Origin: a virus
Lineage: Duplodnaviria; Heunggongvirae; Uroviricota; Caudoviricetes
Length of the DNA stretch: 55,227 nucleotides
Strand: one strand, 5' to 3'
IMG/VR virus record: IMGVR_UViG_2718218434_000004
Span: 1 to 55,227 of that record
Shown here: piece by piece, positions 31,111 through 41,196 of the stretch
Position numbering within the stretch: the first letter of the stretch is position 1
Layout of the letters: each line of letters starts with the position of its first letter
Made by a program: the position numbers and the translations under genes
The notes under the pieces: model-generated
What the model was told of the DNA's origin: nothing
The model's input: the letters and a program-made list of their open reading frames with translations, nothing else
Databases searched by the model: none

Positions 31111-31495
31111 TGTTGCCTCCGTGACTCTGCCTACATTCGCCCAGCTCCGTACACTCCAGCAGCAGAAAGCGCCGCGCCCCGTTCAGATCGCGCTGACGTT
31201 TCACCCGGTACACACTGTCACCGCAGACCACCTCATAATCAGCGGTGATCCCCCGGCGGTAACGAATGGTGATGTAATGGGTGATGGCGTCCCCGGTCTG
31301 CGCGGTTTCCTGCCAGGTGGTGGCACTGGTCTGGACAACCTTCGCCCATGTCCGGAACGCAACCGGGTATTGAGGCTCCACGCCAAAGTTATCCGCGGGC
31401 ATATCCACCCGCTGGCGGATCAGGACGCGTTTATTCAGTTCACCGGGGTCCGGCAGAATGTAGGTTGCGCTGGTCTGCGCCTGACGAATTTTCAT
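31085..31495 (-). CDS. head closure / head-tail adaptor protein
   Basis: 136-aa ORF in the head-tail joining block. Confidence 0.5.
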   Translation of the reverse strand: MKIRQAQTSATYILPDPGELNKRVLIRQRVDMPADNFGVEPQYPVAFRTWAKVVQTSATTWQETAQTGDAITHYITIRYRRGITADYEVVCGDSVYRVKRQRDLNGARRFLLLECTELGECRQSHGGNNDDFLFAR

Positions 31496-31815
31496 TGCGG
31501 GAAATACCTGTACGGGCCGACAAGCCAGTTAAAGCTCATTGGCAACTCCATTTTCTCAACGTCTGTAACCGACGAGCGATTTTCGTAAAAATGGCTGATA
31601 AGCATCAGCATCCCCAGACGAATATCATCCGGCAGGTGCAGCCCGTCCGGATCGCTGTCCGGAATGGTTTCATCCGGAGCATAGAGCTTCCGGTTCAGAT
31701 ACGTTTCCGTCCGCTTTTGCGCCGCACAGGCCAGCAGTTGCAGATGGCGGTCATCAGCATCGAAATCCTCATCCAGCCGGAGTTGGGCTTTAATCTCTTC
31801 CATTGTCAGAAGCAT
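31492..31815 (-). CDS. head-tail connector protein (gp6-like)
   Basis: 107-aa ORF directly after the capsid block. Confidence 0.5.
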   Translation of the reverse strand: MLLTMEEIKAQLRLDEDFDADDRHLQLLACAAQKRTETYLNRKLYAPDETIPDSDPDGLHLPDDIRLGMLMLISHFYENRSSVTDVEKMELPMSFNWLVGPYRYFPQ

Positions 31816-31817
31816 AC

Positions 31818-32018
31818 TCAGCCCTCTTTACTGGTCGTGGCTTTTTTCTCTTTTGTCGCTTTACTGCTTTTTGCACTGGTTCCGCGCTCTGCTAACCCGG
31901 CCTGAAGTGCAATCTCCTGCACCCGGGCAGGAAGCGCCCCGTCGTCATACTCACCGGCCCGAATGACCTCAACACGCATACCGTCCGGTGACCATTTCAG
32001 ATCTTGTTTCAGGATCAT
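31818..32018 (-). CDS. small hypothetical protein downstream of the major capsid gene
   Basis: 66-aa ORF with Lys/Ser/Thr-rich tail. Confidence 0.35.
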   Translation of the reverse strand: MILKQDLKWSPDGMRVEVIRAGEYDDGALPARVQEIALQAGLAERGTSAKSSKATKEKKATTSKEG

Positions 32019-32067
32019 GATTCTTCACCCGTCAGAACAGGGGGCGCGGTTCCGCGCCCCTGAGTGA

Positions 32068-33273
32068 TTACGCCGCAGCAATCTTCAGCAGTTTGATGGC
32101 CTGCGAATCGACCAGCATGCCGCCGGTGCGCTTGGTGGTATAAAAACCGACAAACGGTTTATTGGTGTACGGATCGCGAAGAATGCGGGTACCGATACGG
32201 TCAACGATGGTGTAACCCCGTTTGAAGTTACCAAATGCAATGGCTTTCGCATCCGCGGCAATATCCGGCATCTGCTCGTTTTCAGCGATACCGTAACCCG
32301 CCAGAGAGGATGGCTGCCCCAGTTCCAGCCCAGGACGCCACAGATAGTTACCCTCGGTGTCTTTCAGCAGACGGATGGCAAACAGGCTGTTGTTGTTCAT
32401 CATGAACTTCGCGCCAGTGCGGTGTGCCTTACGCAGCGTGTAAATCAGTTTGATAATGGCGTCTGCGGTCACCGCGGTCGCTTCGCCGGATACAATATGC
32501 TGAAGTTTGCCGAACGCCCGGACCTTGTCGGTTTCATCAGTGGATTCATACGCCAGGAACCCTTTCGGCTTCTTGGTGCCATCGCCTGAGGTAAAGGCAA
32601 TTTCTTCCTGTTCGGCAAATTCGGTTGCCAGCTCGCTGTTGATCCAGGCCTCCACGTTGAAGAAGGCATCGTCCAGCATTTTCTGGGTAGCCTGCGGGTT
32701 GCCGTAAATTTCCCCCATGAGAGGTTCAATCAGCTCCAGTCTGGAGGTGGCAGTCTGGGATCGCGTATCCGTTTCCCCCACCCATCCGGAAGCCGTACCG
32801 CCCAGATTCACCAGTTTTTTGTAGTCGGAACCGCCAACGGTGATCACCGTGGCTTCCTGACGCATCACCACTTCATCTTTCAGCAGGTTAAGAATGTTGC
32901 GATCCAGTTCTTCCGGCACGGCGTAGCCACCGTCTTCATCGGTACCCACCTGCAATGCCTTACGCTCCAGATCGCGCAGACCGTCTTCACGGCCTTTACG
33001 CAGGAAGCCCACAAACGCCTCTTTATGCTCGGTGGCCAGTTTATTTTGCGCTCCACCAGCCGGACGTTTCAGCTCAAGCAGCTCTTTTTCAAGGTCGCTT
33101 TTGAGATTTTCCAGCTCGCTGAGTTTCCCGTTCAGGGTTTCCACCTGCCCGGCAAGCTTGCCTTTTTCCTGCTCAATCGCATCCACGCGCTTGTCGTTCT
33201 TTGCTTTGAAGTCGTCAAACTTCTGCTGCAGCTCCTGCGCGACCTGTTCGACATCTTTAATATCAACCGCCAT
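32068..33273 (-). CDS. major capsid protein, HK97 family
   Basis: 401 aa; coiled-coil N-terminal delta region then HK97-fold core; follows the prohead protease. Confidence 0.85.
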   Translation of the reverse strand: MAVDIKDVEQVAQELQQKFDDFKAKNDKRVDAIEQEKGKLAGQVETLNGKLSELENLKSDLEKELLELKRPAGGAQNKLATEHKEAFVGFLRKGREDGLRDLERKALQVGTDEDGGYAVPEELDRNILNLLKDEVVMRQEATVITVGGSDYKKLVNLGGTASGWVGETDTRSQTATSRLELIEPLMGEIYGNPQATQKMLDDAFFNVEAWINSELATEFAEQEEIAFTSGDGTKKPKGFLAYESTDETDKVRAFGKLQHIVSGEATAVTADAIIKLIYTLRKAHRTGAKFMMNNNSLFAIRLLKDTEGNYLWRPGLELGQPSSLAGYGIAENEQMPDIAADAKAIAFGNFKRGYTIVDRIGTRILRDPYTNKPFVGFYTTKRTGGMLVDSQAIKLLKIAAA

Positions 33274-33287
33274 CGTATTTCTCCTGA

Positions 33288-33974
33288 TTAGAAGTTCAGA
33301 TTTTTCAGTGCATTCAGTGCAGAGCCCACATCCTCAGCGTCGCGCAGGGACAGTGCGCCATAGCCCCCGGCCATGAATGCTTTGGCCTGGGTACGGGAGA
33401 GTCCGACATCACGCAGGACTCTTTCGATTTTTTTCTGTTCGGGGATTTCCCCGCGGGCCAGTGCGTTCTTGACGTCGCTGATCCGCGCCTCGTCGTTAGA
33501 CGGGAACGTCACCAGGCTGACTTCCCAGAGGTCGATTTCTTTCAGCAGAAAGGCTTCTTTGCTCCGGTCGTATTCCCAGTCTTTCAGGACGTACCCAATA
33601 GAAAGGCCGGTTAACGAACCGGCCTTCATGTGTGCATGTGCGCGTTTTGCGAGGGGATCATCATCAATAAGCAACCGTCCCCTGACGTAAAGCCCGACAT
33701 CGTCTTCCTTCATTTCGGTGTAAACACCGATGGGTTCATCCATGCGGTGCTGCCAGAGCAGCGCAGGTAACGCTTTTCTGTCACTCCACGCCCGCAGGGA
33801 AGCAGCAAATGCCCCGGACATCACCACATCATCGTGGCTGTCCTTTACACCAAAGACGGAGCCATACCCTTCAAACTCACCGGAGTCACTGACAGATTTC
33901 AGACTCAGCGGTACATCAAGACGTTGTTTCGTCTGCATTGGCGTTATCCTTCTGCTTACCGGCTTTACTGCCAT
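33288..33974 (-). CDS. prohead protease, HK97 family
   Basis: 228-aa ORF between portal and capsid genes; EFEGYGSVFGVKDSHDDVVMSGAF motif. Confidence 0.8.
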   Translation of the reverse strand: MAVKPVSRRITPMQTKQRLDVPLSLKSVSDSGEFEGYGSVFGVKDSHDDVVMSGAFAASLRAWSDRKALPALLWQHRMDEPIGVYTEMKEDDVGLYVRGRLLIDDDPLAKRAHAHMKAGSLTGLSIGYVLKDWEYDRSKEAFLLKEIDLWEVSLVTFPSNDEARISDVKNALARGEIPEQKKIERVLRDVGLSRTQAKAFMAGGYGALSLRDAEDVGSALNALKNLNF

Positions 33975-35157
33975 CGGAGGGTTTCGTGGTCATGTTCATC
34001 GGTGTGAGATAGACATCACCACCGGGACGCGGATTCATATCTTCCAGGTCGCGGCAGTCATTGGGAGAGTAAATTCCCCAGTTGATCCCGGTGGCGTAGG
34101 CTTCAAAACGGGACTTCATATCCCCGCGCAGTAACGCCCCGGCGTTAAATTTGGCGTAATAAACGCCCTGCTTACTTTTTCGTACCAGTCCGGTGTTGAT
34201 CCGCTGTTCGATGCGGGTCAGATACGGCACCAGTGAATAGTTGATAAATCCGAGCCCCAGTTCTTCGATATTGTTGAAGGTGGCGCGATCGGTGTTCTGC
34301 ACCATGTGCAACGGTACCCGGAACAGACGACAGATTTCTTCAAGCTGAAACTTGCGGGTTTCCAGGAACTGGCTGTCCTCGGCGTTCAACGCCATCGACT
34401 TCCAGTCCAGCCCCATCTCAAGGATCATCGGGCGGTGAGCATTACCAAGCCCGGTGTGACGCTCCTCAAAATCTTTCTTCAGACGCTCATAAGCCTGATC
34501 CGACAGCGTCTGCTCTGTACGCAACACACCGGACGTCACCGCACCATTGCTGAACAGTCTGGCCCCGTGCTCTTCGGTCGCCGCTGCCAGCGATATTGCC
34601 TCGCGGGCATAGGCGATGGGATTCAGTCCCACCAGACCGTCCAGCGTCAGCGTGCGCACATGCCAGATATCTTCCTGGCTCAGTACATCCGTGGAGCCGT
34701 CCGGGAATGTGACCTGATAGATCGGCTCCCAGCGACTGTTAAGCTTCGGTACCACACAGCCGGGATCGACGGGCAGCAGTTCAGCCACTTCGCCAAATGC
34801 TTTCACTTTGTAGGCGTAAAAGTTTCCCCGCAGGCACAGACAGGTGACCACCAGCTCCCAGAACTCCTGCGGCGTCATATAGCCATTGGGATGCGTGGAG
34901 ATCAGCTTATGCAGACGTTCGCCAGTGGCTCTCTGCTTCAGGCTGCCGTTCAGGTGATACAGGTTGCAGGGCAACATCCCGACCGACTCCGCCAGCACCC
35001 TGACACAGGAAAAAACCGCCGTCAGTCGCATGGCCCGCTGGCTGCTGATATGCTTTCCGGTATAGGTGTCGTAGGACAACCCGATAGCCTCCGCCAGCTC
35101 TGCTGGCGTGGTCATCGGTGCGTCACTTTTTCGTTGAAATAATCCCGAAAAGAACAC
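33916..35157 (-). CDS. portal protein (HK97 family); true start may be the internal Met at about 35115
   Basis: 413-aa ORF between terminase and protease. Confidence 0.8.
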   Translation of the reverse strand: MFFSGLFQRKSDAPMTTPAELAEAIGLSYDTYTGKHISSQRAMRLTAVFSCVRVLAESVGMLPCNLYHLNGSLKQRATGERLHKLISTHPNGYMTPQEFWELVVTCLCLRGNFYAYKVKAFGEVAELLPVDPGCVVPKLNSRWEPIYQVTFPDGSTDVLSQEDIWHVRTLTLDGLVGLNPIAYAREAISLAAATEEHGARLFSNGAVTSGVLRTEQTLSDQAYERLKKDFEERHTGLGNAHRPMILEMGLDWKSMALNAEDSQFLETRKFQLEEICRLFRVPLHMVQNTDRATFNNIEELGLGFINYSLVPYLTRIEQRINTGLVRKSKQGVYYAKFNAGALLRGDMKSRFEAYATGINWGIYSPNDCRDLEDMNPRPGGDVYLTPMNMTTKPSDGSKAGKQKDNANADETTS

Positions 35158-35339
35158 TATTTACCTCCGCCGACAGACGACTGTGTACGGTCAAGATATC
35201 GCGCCACCAGCCACGACCAGAACAGGCACAACGCCCCGGCAACAACAAACCCCGCCGGGGGATAAATCAGCCAGGCACCATACGCCAGCAAAAGCGCCCC
35301 CAGCACGCCCACCAGAGGCGCGAGAATCAGCATGATCAT
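35157..35339 (-). CDS. small two-helix membrane protein
   Basis: 60-aa hydrophobic ORF between terminase and portal genes. Confidence 0.3.
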
Positions 35340-35350
35340 AATTACCTCAG

Positions 35351-37084
35351 TTAAAGCGAGCGGATCCCGTAGGACTCAATGTGGTCGGACAGCGTGTCTT
35401 CTTTCTCATACAACATGGCTCTGCCAACCGCCATAATCAGCGCAACTGCACCATCGATTTTGTTTTCCGCCTGCTCTTTGACGGGCTTCACCACATCATC
35501 GTTACCCGGAATGGTTTTGCCGACCACGTTGCCGATACACCAGGTCATGATGGGATTGCCATCATGATGAAAGCGCCCCGATTCAATCGCCGCTTCCAGT
35601 TCTTTCATCGGGTCGGACATGTTGGTGTAGTTCTGAATGATAGTGATGGGGTTCAGGTCTTCATCAGCAAGGTCATGTGAGAGCCCGGTCGCCCCGAAGG
35701 GGTCGATGGGTGACTCGCTGACCGGGCTGATTTTGTTCGCCGCTTTGGCCTCCTCGAGGATGTAGCGATAATCCACCTCCGCACCATCGGTAACGGTCAG
35801 AACGCCCATTTCCACCCATTTCTGAAAGCGTTCGGCTGTCCGTCGATCTTCATTTTTCTCGACGCTGTACACCGTGTCATACGGTACCCAGAAACGCGGG
35901 GCCACACTGTAGTAATGCGTTTTACCGTCAATCTCGCGGGTATAAAGTCGCGCCATGCTGTTCATATCCAGCTTACGCGCCAGGTCAAAGGCCAGAATGC
36001 ACGGCTGCCCCTCGAACTGCTCAAGGGTCAGTGATTTATCCTCGCAGCTCTGCCAGCTCACCAGGTTGAAATACGCAGAACGCGCCGACACCCAGATATT
36101 GAGGTGTTTTGTTTTAAAGACGTTTGCCAGACGGGCGTTATTTTTCGCACGCTGCTGCTGACTTAACAAAAATTCGCGATAAACCGACACGCCAATATTT
36201 GGATTGGCTTTTTCCAGCACCTGCGGGTCGGTCCAGTCGTCACCTTCATCAACGGTATAGATGATCCCGAACAGTTCATCGTTAGGCACCGAGCCGTTGA
36301 GCATCTCGATGACTTCCCGCCGCTTGTCGTAGCACGGCCCCTCAATGTTGTACCCGGCGGTGGTGATAGCCCACATCAGTGGCTGACGTCGCGCCCCCAT
36401 CCCGGTAAGCATCGTGGTGTAAAGCGCATCGGTGGCGTGCTCGTGATATTCATCCACCACCGCACAGTGGGGTGATGAACCATCACCGGGGTTACCGATC
36501 AGCGGTTCAAACCGCGCGCCATCCTCCGGACGGTTCATGTTTGAGGCGTTAACCTCAATTCCGAACGCTTCCGTCAGCATTGGTGTGCGTTTACACATCA
36601 GTCGCGCCGGGCGAAAGACTTCCCATGCCTGTTTCTCCGTCGTGGCACCGGAATACACTTCCGCGCCGAACTCGTTATCACAGGCAAAACAATACAGGGC
36701 GACACCGGCAGAGATTGCCGATTTGCCGTTCTTACGGGGGATTTCGGTATACACCTCCCTGAAGCGGCGCAGCCGGGAGCCTTTATTGACCCAGCCAAAC
36801 GCGCAGCAGATCACAAAGAGCTGCCACGGCTCCAGCGTGATGGGCATCCTCTTGAATGCCCACTCCCCCTTGGTGTGCGGCAACAGCTGAATAAATTTGG
36901 CAGCCCGTTCAGCCAGGTCCTTGTCGAAGCGGTAACGAAACGACTTACTTTTTTCCGCCATCAGGTCATCAAGATGGCGCTGGCAGGCCTGAATCACAAA
37001 CTGGCAGGCCACAATCTTTCCGCGCACGACATCACGGGCATACTGATTGGCAGCATTTACGTTGGGGTAAGATTTCCGGCTCAT
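35351..37084 (-). CDS. terminase large subunit
   Basis: 577-aa ORF with ATPase and nuclease regions, between the small subunit and portal. Confidence 0.85.
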
Positions 37085-37575
37085 GATTCGATAATTTTCA
37101 GAAACGGGTTAGTGGCTTTCTTCTGCCCCGCCAGGCCAATCAGACGCTGGCGGCTGCTGGGGTCGAGTCCGAGCATTGCCCCCGTACTGCTCATCTCGGA
37201 CTCCTGTTCTTTTTTGGCGGTCAGCTCCGGATTTTTGACCATACCGCCCATTGCACCGGTGATGGTGTTGCCCTGTCTGGCAATATTTTTCACGGCACGT
37301 CGCCAGAACTCATAGGCCACGCACCACCGCTCAAGTACCGCCAGGTCAGTCACGCACAGCAGGCCCTGACCGCAGAGTTCTTTGGTTGTCAGTTGCCACA
37401 TGATCGTGGCGAGAGGGAGATCTTCTTCAGCGAACCACTCCGGTGGGTCAACACCTTTGATGGGCGTAAAAACAGGTTCATCTTTATTCAGGGCTCGCTT
37501 GCCGGGGTTTCCGGCCAGCGCCTTGCGCGCCGTTGGCTTGGGGCGACGCCCGGAACGCCCCGCCGTTCCAGCCAT
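37081..37575 (-). CDS. terminase small subunit (P27 family)
   Basis: 164-aa ORF, 4-bp overlap with the large subunit. Confidence 0.7.
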   Translation of the reverse strand: MAGTAGRSGRRPKPTARKALAGNPGKRALNKDEPVFTPIKGVDPPEWFAEEDLPLATIMWQLTTKELCGQGLLCVTDLAVLERWCVAYEFWRRAVKNIARQGNTITGAMGGMVKNPELTAKKEQESEMSSTGAMLGLDPSSRQRLIGLAGQKKATNPFLKIIES

Positions 37576-37701
37576 ATGCGGCTCTCCTGGTTAAATTTCA
37601 TTTTTCGCGGGTATAAAAAAACGATGGGGCGGGCGGTCCGGAAGGCGCGCGGTCGCAGAGATTTGACCTCCCCCTCCCCAGGCTGATGATGACATTAATT
37701 C

Positions 37702-38052
37702 TCACTTGAGCCGCTCGCGCGCGGTCTTCGCTGCGTGACACGACCAGCACAGGCTCTCAAGGTTGCTGTCTTCATCAGTACCGCCGTGGGCCTTCGCCTT
37801 GATGTGGTCAACGGTTGTGGCTGCGACAGCACGTCCAGTACGCAGGCAGTTCTGACACAGATGATTATCACGCTTCAGGATGCGGGCGCGTTTGATATCC
37901 CACTTGCTGCCGTAGCCACGCTCATGGCGACTCTTACCCTGCTGATGCTGCTGCCAGCCCTCATTGCGATGCTGCTCACAGTAGCCTGAACGGTCCGTAG
38001 TCGTGCCAGGACAACCACGTTTGCGACATGCGCGGGGTATTAAAGTTGGCAT
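37702..38052 (-). CDS. HNH endonuclease (packaging-associated)
   Basis: 116 aa with Cys pairs and the HNH His/Asn motif; directly upstream of the terminase genes. Confidence 0.8.
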   Translation of the reverse strand: MPTLIPRACRKRGCPGTTTDRSGYCEQHRNEGWQQHQQGKSRHERGYGSKWDIKRARILKRDNHLCQNCLRTGRAVAATTVDHIKAKAHGGTDEDSNLESLCWSCHAAKTARERLK

Positions 38053-38063
38053 ACATGCTCCGC

Positions 38064-38094
38064 AAAAACACCAGCCAAAGCTGGTGTTTTTTTA
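38064..38094. terminator. bidirectional rho-independent terminator
   Basis: ACACCAGC-caaa-GCTGGTGT flanked by an A-run and a T-run. Confidence 0.5.
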
Positions 38095-38154
38095 TTCTTA
38101 TGTAACTCTAAAATTTAGAGATAACATGTAGGAATGATTTGATAATTTGTAAGA

Positions 38155-38718
38155 CTACCCAAATCGAATAGCGCCACCCAACATTTCATTTTTGATTTTT
38201 GCCCTCGAATTTATCCTCTGGCATACATCATTATTATCCTTCATCCGCTCAACCCACTTAACTACCGCATCGCAGATATCATTAGATAAATTAATAACAC
38301 TTAACTGAAGCACACCGTTAAACATATTCATGTGCGCAGAAGAGTGCGTAAGTTGAATTTTTTGTAACTTAGTACTATCAGATGCCTCATGCAAAAATGC
38401 ATTTCTTAAAGCCCAGTAGCTTTCATGGTCAAAGCTTACCAATGGTTTTTTTGTTTTTAAATCATCGATTAAGTATTGAGGCATTTTATCTAATTGCTCG
38501 GGAAAGTTAGCCAAAAACGTCTCATAAAGATTATCTGCAAAATATTTATCCTTAAGGTTATCCTTAAACCATCTTTTTGCTCTTGGCCCGTTCCGCTCTT
38601 CAGGAGTTTCAAGTTTCCCACATATATCAGGAAGAGATAAGGCAATAAACAATGCAGCCTCATAATTTTCATCTAATAAAGATTTTCTTACTGACTCAAC
38701 AAATTCAAGCATTTGCAT
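38155..38718 (-). CDS. HEPN-motif protein (candidate abortive-infection RNase or toxin), low-GC moron
   Basis: 187-aa AT-rich ORF with R-N-x-x-x-H (ALRNAFLHEASD), the HEPN Rx4-6H pattern; followed by a terminator. Confidence 0.5.
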   Translation of the reverse strand: MQMLEFVESVRKSLLDENYEAALFIALSLPDICGKLETPEERNGPRAKRWFKDNLKDKYFADNLYETFLANFPEQLDKMPQYLIDDLKTKKPLVSFDHESYWALRNAFLHEASDSTKLQKIQLTHSSAHMNMFNGVLQLSVINLSNDICDAVVKWVERMKDNNDVCQRINSRAKIKNEMLGGAIRFG

Positions 38719-38792
38719 TTACTCCCCCAGTTAATTAACTAGGGAAGAATATCATAAGCACATAATTAAAACCTGCTGTAGCTCCTAATTCA

Positions 38793-39023
38793 TTAGGAGA
38801 AGGAGATACCCAAATCAACCAGCACAGCTTTCTTTTTCTCTATGCGGTGATCAAGCTCAGCAACAGCATGCGGGCGTATGGCCTCAAGAAAGGCATCGTC
38901 TTGATAGGTAGACTGGATTGTCACACCAAGCCCAGCACCACTTTCCAGTATGGTTTTCTGTCGCTGTAGCTCTTTCATCTCGTTATAGATGTAATGCGCG
39001 TTACTTAGGTTCTCTACGTTCAC
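38793..39023 (-). CDS. hypothetical small protein upstream of the HEPN-motif gene
   Basis: 76-aa ORF, same strand, 74 bp upstream of the next gene. Confidence 0.3.
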   Translation of the reverse strand: MNVENLSNAHYIYNEMKELQRQKTILESGAGLGVTIQSTYQDDAFLEAIRPHAVAELDHRIEKKKAVLVDLGISFS

Positions 39024-39243
39024 GACCTGGATCCTTCATGCAGTTAGCCTGCGCTGATTTGTTGTGCGCCAATATGTCCCGCTTCGTCTGTTTATCCAGC
39101 ACGGCAATATCGTGCTCAGTAAGGTAGATGATGCTTACCCAGTCACAGGCCGTGTCCGTTACTTCAGGTTTTGCGGGTAAATTTTTCGCGCAACTCACGG
39201 TCAACATCGTCATCAGGAAGATGGTTAACAGTCTGCTGTACAT
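39001..39243 (-). CDS. outer-membrane lipoprotein, probable o-spanin (Rz1-like)
   Basis: Lipobox LTVSC; overlaps the 3' end of the preceding i-spanin-like gene. Confidence 0.5.
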   Translation of the reverse strand: MYSRLLTIFLMTMLTVSCAKNLPAKPEVTDTACDWVSIIYLTEHDIAVLDKQTKRDILAHNKSAQANCMKDPGRERREPK

Positions 39244-39433
39244 CCCTGGCTCCTTTTGTTGTTTCTACCCGGCGTTCTGCAACGGCTTCAGTAGCTGCTG
39301 CGCGTTCTTCAGTGCGTTGCTGGTTCGCTTGTGTTTCTGCGATGCTTGTACCGCGTGATTTACCCAGACCAAAAGCACCTGCAATTGCAGCCAGCACAGC
39401 AACAGCCAGGCCGATAATCATTTCAAGTCCCAT
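39164..39433 (-). CDS. probable i-spanin (Rz-like)
   Basis: Start at MGLEMIIGLAVAVLAAIAGAFG (N-terminal TM) 8 nt after the endolysin stop. Confidence 0.45.
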   Translation of the reverse strand: MGLEMIIGLAVAVLAAIAGAFGLGKSRGTSIAETQANQQRTEERAAATEAVAERRVETTKGARDVQQTVNHLPDDDVDRELREKFTRKT

Positions 39434-39440
39434 TGCGACC

Positions 39441-40055
39441 TCATACCAGTGCGGTTTTTGCTTTGGCGTAACGTTCACGGCGGTCTTTAATGCCGTTCTG
39501 CCCGCCGTTAATAATCTGCGTGACGCGCTCAACATCCCCCGAATATAGAAGGCAACCACGTAACGTGAAGTACCATGCCGCCGAACGGGCCGCATGTCGC
39601 TCTTGCGTCAAAAGTTCTGGCGTACTGATCAGATCAAGGTTCAGCGCTGTACCGCATTTGGTGTAGTTCTCACGACCAGTGATTTGCAGCAGGCCACGAC
39701 CGCGATATTTCCAGCCATCACCCTGACTGTTATTCCCCATGCGGTCACCATAAACCAGATTGGCTATTTGTGGCTGGTGAGCGACCTGTTTACCATCGAC
39801 ACGCCCCAGCATTTCGCACTGATACGGCGTCAGGCGCTTACCAAAGGTTTTCTTCAGCCCTTCAACCGAGTAGTTAAAATTCTCTACCAGCGAGGTAAAG
39901 CCATTGGATTCATGCCCAACTTGTGCAATGAACATGGCCTGATCATTAATCGATGTAATTCCAAACTCTTTCATTGCCGCATCAATGTGCGGAAACCAGC
40001 GCGCAGAAAGCCCGGCGCTGATACCAGCCGCCTGCTGAAATTGTGATTGGTTCAT
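39441..40055 (-). CDS. endolysin, glycoside hydrolase family 19 (chitinase-like lysozyme)
   Basis: 204-aa ORF directly downstream of the holin genes. Confidence 0.75.
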   Translation of the reverse strand: MNQSQFQQAAGISAGLSARWFPHIDAAMKEFGITSINDQAMFIAQVGHESNGFTSLVENFNYSVEGLKKTFGKRLTPYQCEMLGRVDGKQVAHQPQIANLVYGDRMGNNSQGDGWKYRGRGLLQITGRENYTKCGTALNLDLISTPELLTQERHAARSAAWYFTLRGCLLYSGDVERVTQIINGGQNGIKDRRERYAKAKTALV

Positions 40056-40336
40056 TATTGCCTCAGATGATCAACCAGACGTGCAACGTTGCCTCTGACG
40101 GACACCAGCACGGAAAGAAAAATAGTATTAGCCACGATAATGGGCCATGAGGAATGGGGATAAATCCCACAGAGATAGGCCAACGGAACAGCACTGTATG
40201 TAACAGTAATCAGCCAGGCTAAACGTGAAACCCAAGGACGATGCCGCGAATCACCACGACGATAAAACATCAGAGTAATAACAACACAAGCACATAACAG
40301 CGCATTTATAGTTGCTGTCGGGTCATTTAGCTCCAC
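40055..40336 (-). CDS. holin
   Basis: 93-aa membrane protein immediately upstream of the endolysin. Confidence 0.6.
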   Translation of the reverse strand: MELNDPTATINALLCACVVITLMFYRRGDSRHRPWVSRLAWLITVTYSAVPLAYLCGIYPHSSWPIIVANTIFLSVLVSVRGNVARLVDHLRQ

Positions 40337-40709
40337 CTGAACCTCCCCGGCGCGTTATGAGCGCCACCAGCGAGCCGATATCCTGATTATTCAGGAACGT
40401 CAGGATTTTAACGGCTAAAGCAGAGACGATTACGGCACCAATAGCATCCAGAGGTTTATCACTGTATCCGGTCAAGTTCGCCAGCTTGGAGCCAACCAAC
40501 CCAGAGCAAAGGATCCCGGCAATATATGACACGATAAAATATGCCAGTCGGCGCGATGCACTCAGATCTGCTGCTGTTGCTATGTAGAATACAGCCCCTG
40601 CAAATGCGCCAAATACAACGCCGTAATCAGTTCCGGTCAGCAGTCCATAAACACTGGCACCCGTCAGGGCACCACCAGCCAGCCCAGTACCGGAAATCGG
40701 ATCGGACAT
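40323..40709 (-). CDS. holin-like membrane protein
   Basis: 128-aa Gly/Ala-rich multi-TM ORF at the start of the lysis cassette. Confidence 0.5.
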   Translation of the reverse strand: MSDPISGTGLAGGALTGASVYGLLTGTDYGVVFGAFAGAVFYIATAADLSASRRLAYFIVSYIAGILCSGLVGSKLANLTGYSDKPLDAIGAVIVSALAVKILTFLNNQDIGSLVALITRRGGSGGAK

Positions 40710-40788
40710 TTAGCCCCCTCTTAATTGCTGTTGGTCCTCTCAGATATGAGGGGAAGGGATCTTAATGACAGTCTGTTTATTATTTCAG

Positions 40789-41046
40789 TCAAACACTACC
40801 CTGTTGATGATTTCTCAGAAGCGAACTTGACTCCCAAGGGAAACTCAACTTTCCGTTAAAACCACCAGCAGACATTCGTTCAATTTCCACAGAAATATCA
40901 CTGAGCCGTTCTTCAAGCTCTGCTTTTTCTTTTACCAGACGGTTATAGCGGCTTAGATGAAGCTTTTGCTGCTCCAGCCAGTCTTCAAGCTGTTCAACAG
41001 TCATACAAGGGTTAAAAAAATATGGCTGCTGCTTTTCGCCTTGCAT
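40789..41046 (-). CDS. hypothetical protein, first gene of the late operon
   Basis: Start at ATG 41046 with GGAGG RBS; the longer ORF start would span the tR'-like terminator. Confidence 0.4.
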   Translation of the reverse strand: MQGEKQQPYFFNPCMTVEQLEDWLEQQKLHLSRYNRLVKEKAELEERLSDISVEIERMSAGGFNGKLSFPWESSSLLRNHQQGSV

Positions 41047-41057
41047 TATTGACCTCC

Positions 41058-41088
41058 AGAAAAGCAAAAACCCCGCCGAAGCGAGGTT
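41058..41088 (-). terminator. tR'-like rho-independent terminator downstream of Q
   Basis: Minus strand: CCTCGC-ttcg-GCGGGG followed by TTTTTGCTTTT. Confidence 0.5.
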
Positions 41089-41136
41089 TGTTATGATTTC
41101 GTTAACGGCAGACATACAAAGCCCATCGTTAGGAGA

Positions 41137-41165
41137 ATCCTAACCAGATTTTTTGAAAAATGCAA
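41137..41165 (-). promoter_or_regulatory. putative late promoter PR' (TTGCAT-17-TAGGAT)
   Basis: Sigma70-like hexamers just downstream of Q and about 60 nt upstream of the terminator. Confidence 0.35.
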
Positions 41166-41196
41166 GAATCATGTCGCCATCTTCGGCGAAAATCAT

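Noticed and set aside
28661-35142. Multiple plus-strand ORFs (for example 28661-29077, 30071-30661, 32507-32707, 34306-35142) overlapping minus-strand structural genes
   Set aside because: They lie antisense inside well-supported head and tail genes and have Arg/Cys/His-rich, low-complexity translations typical of spurious frames in GC-rich coding DNA.
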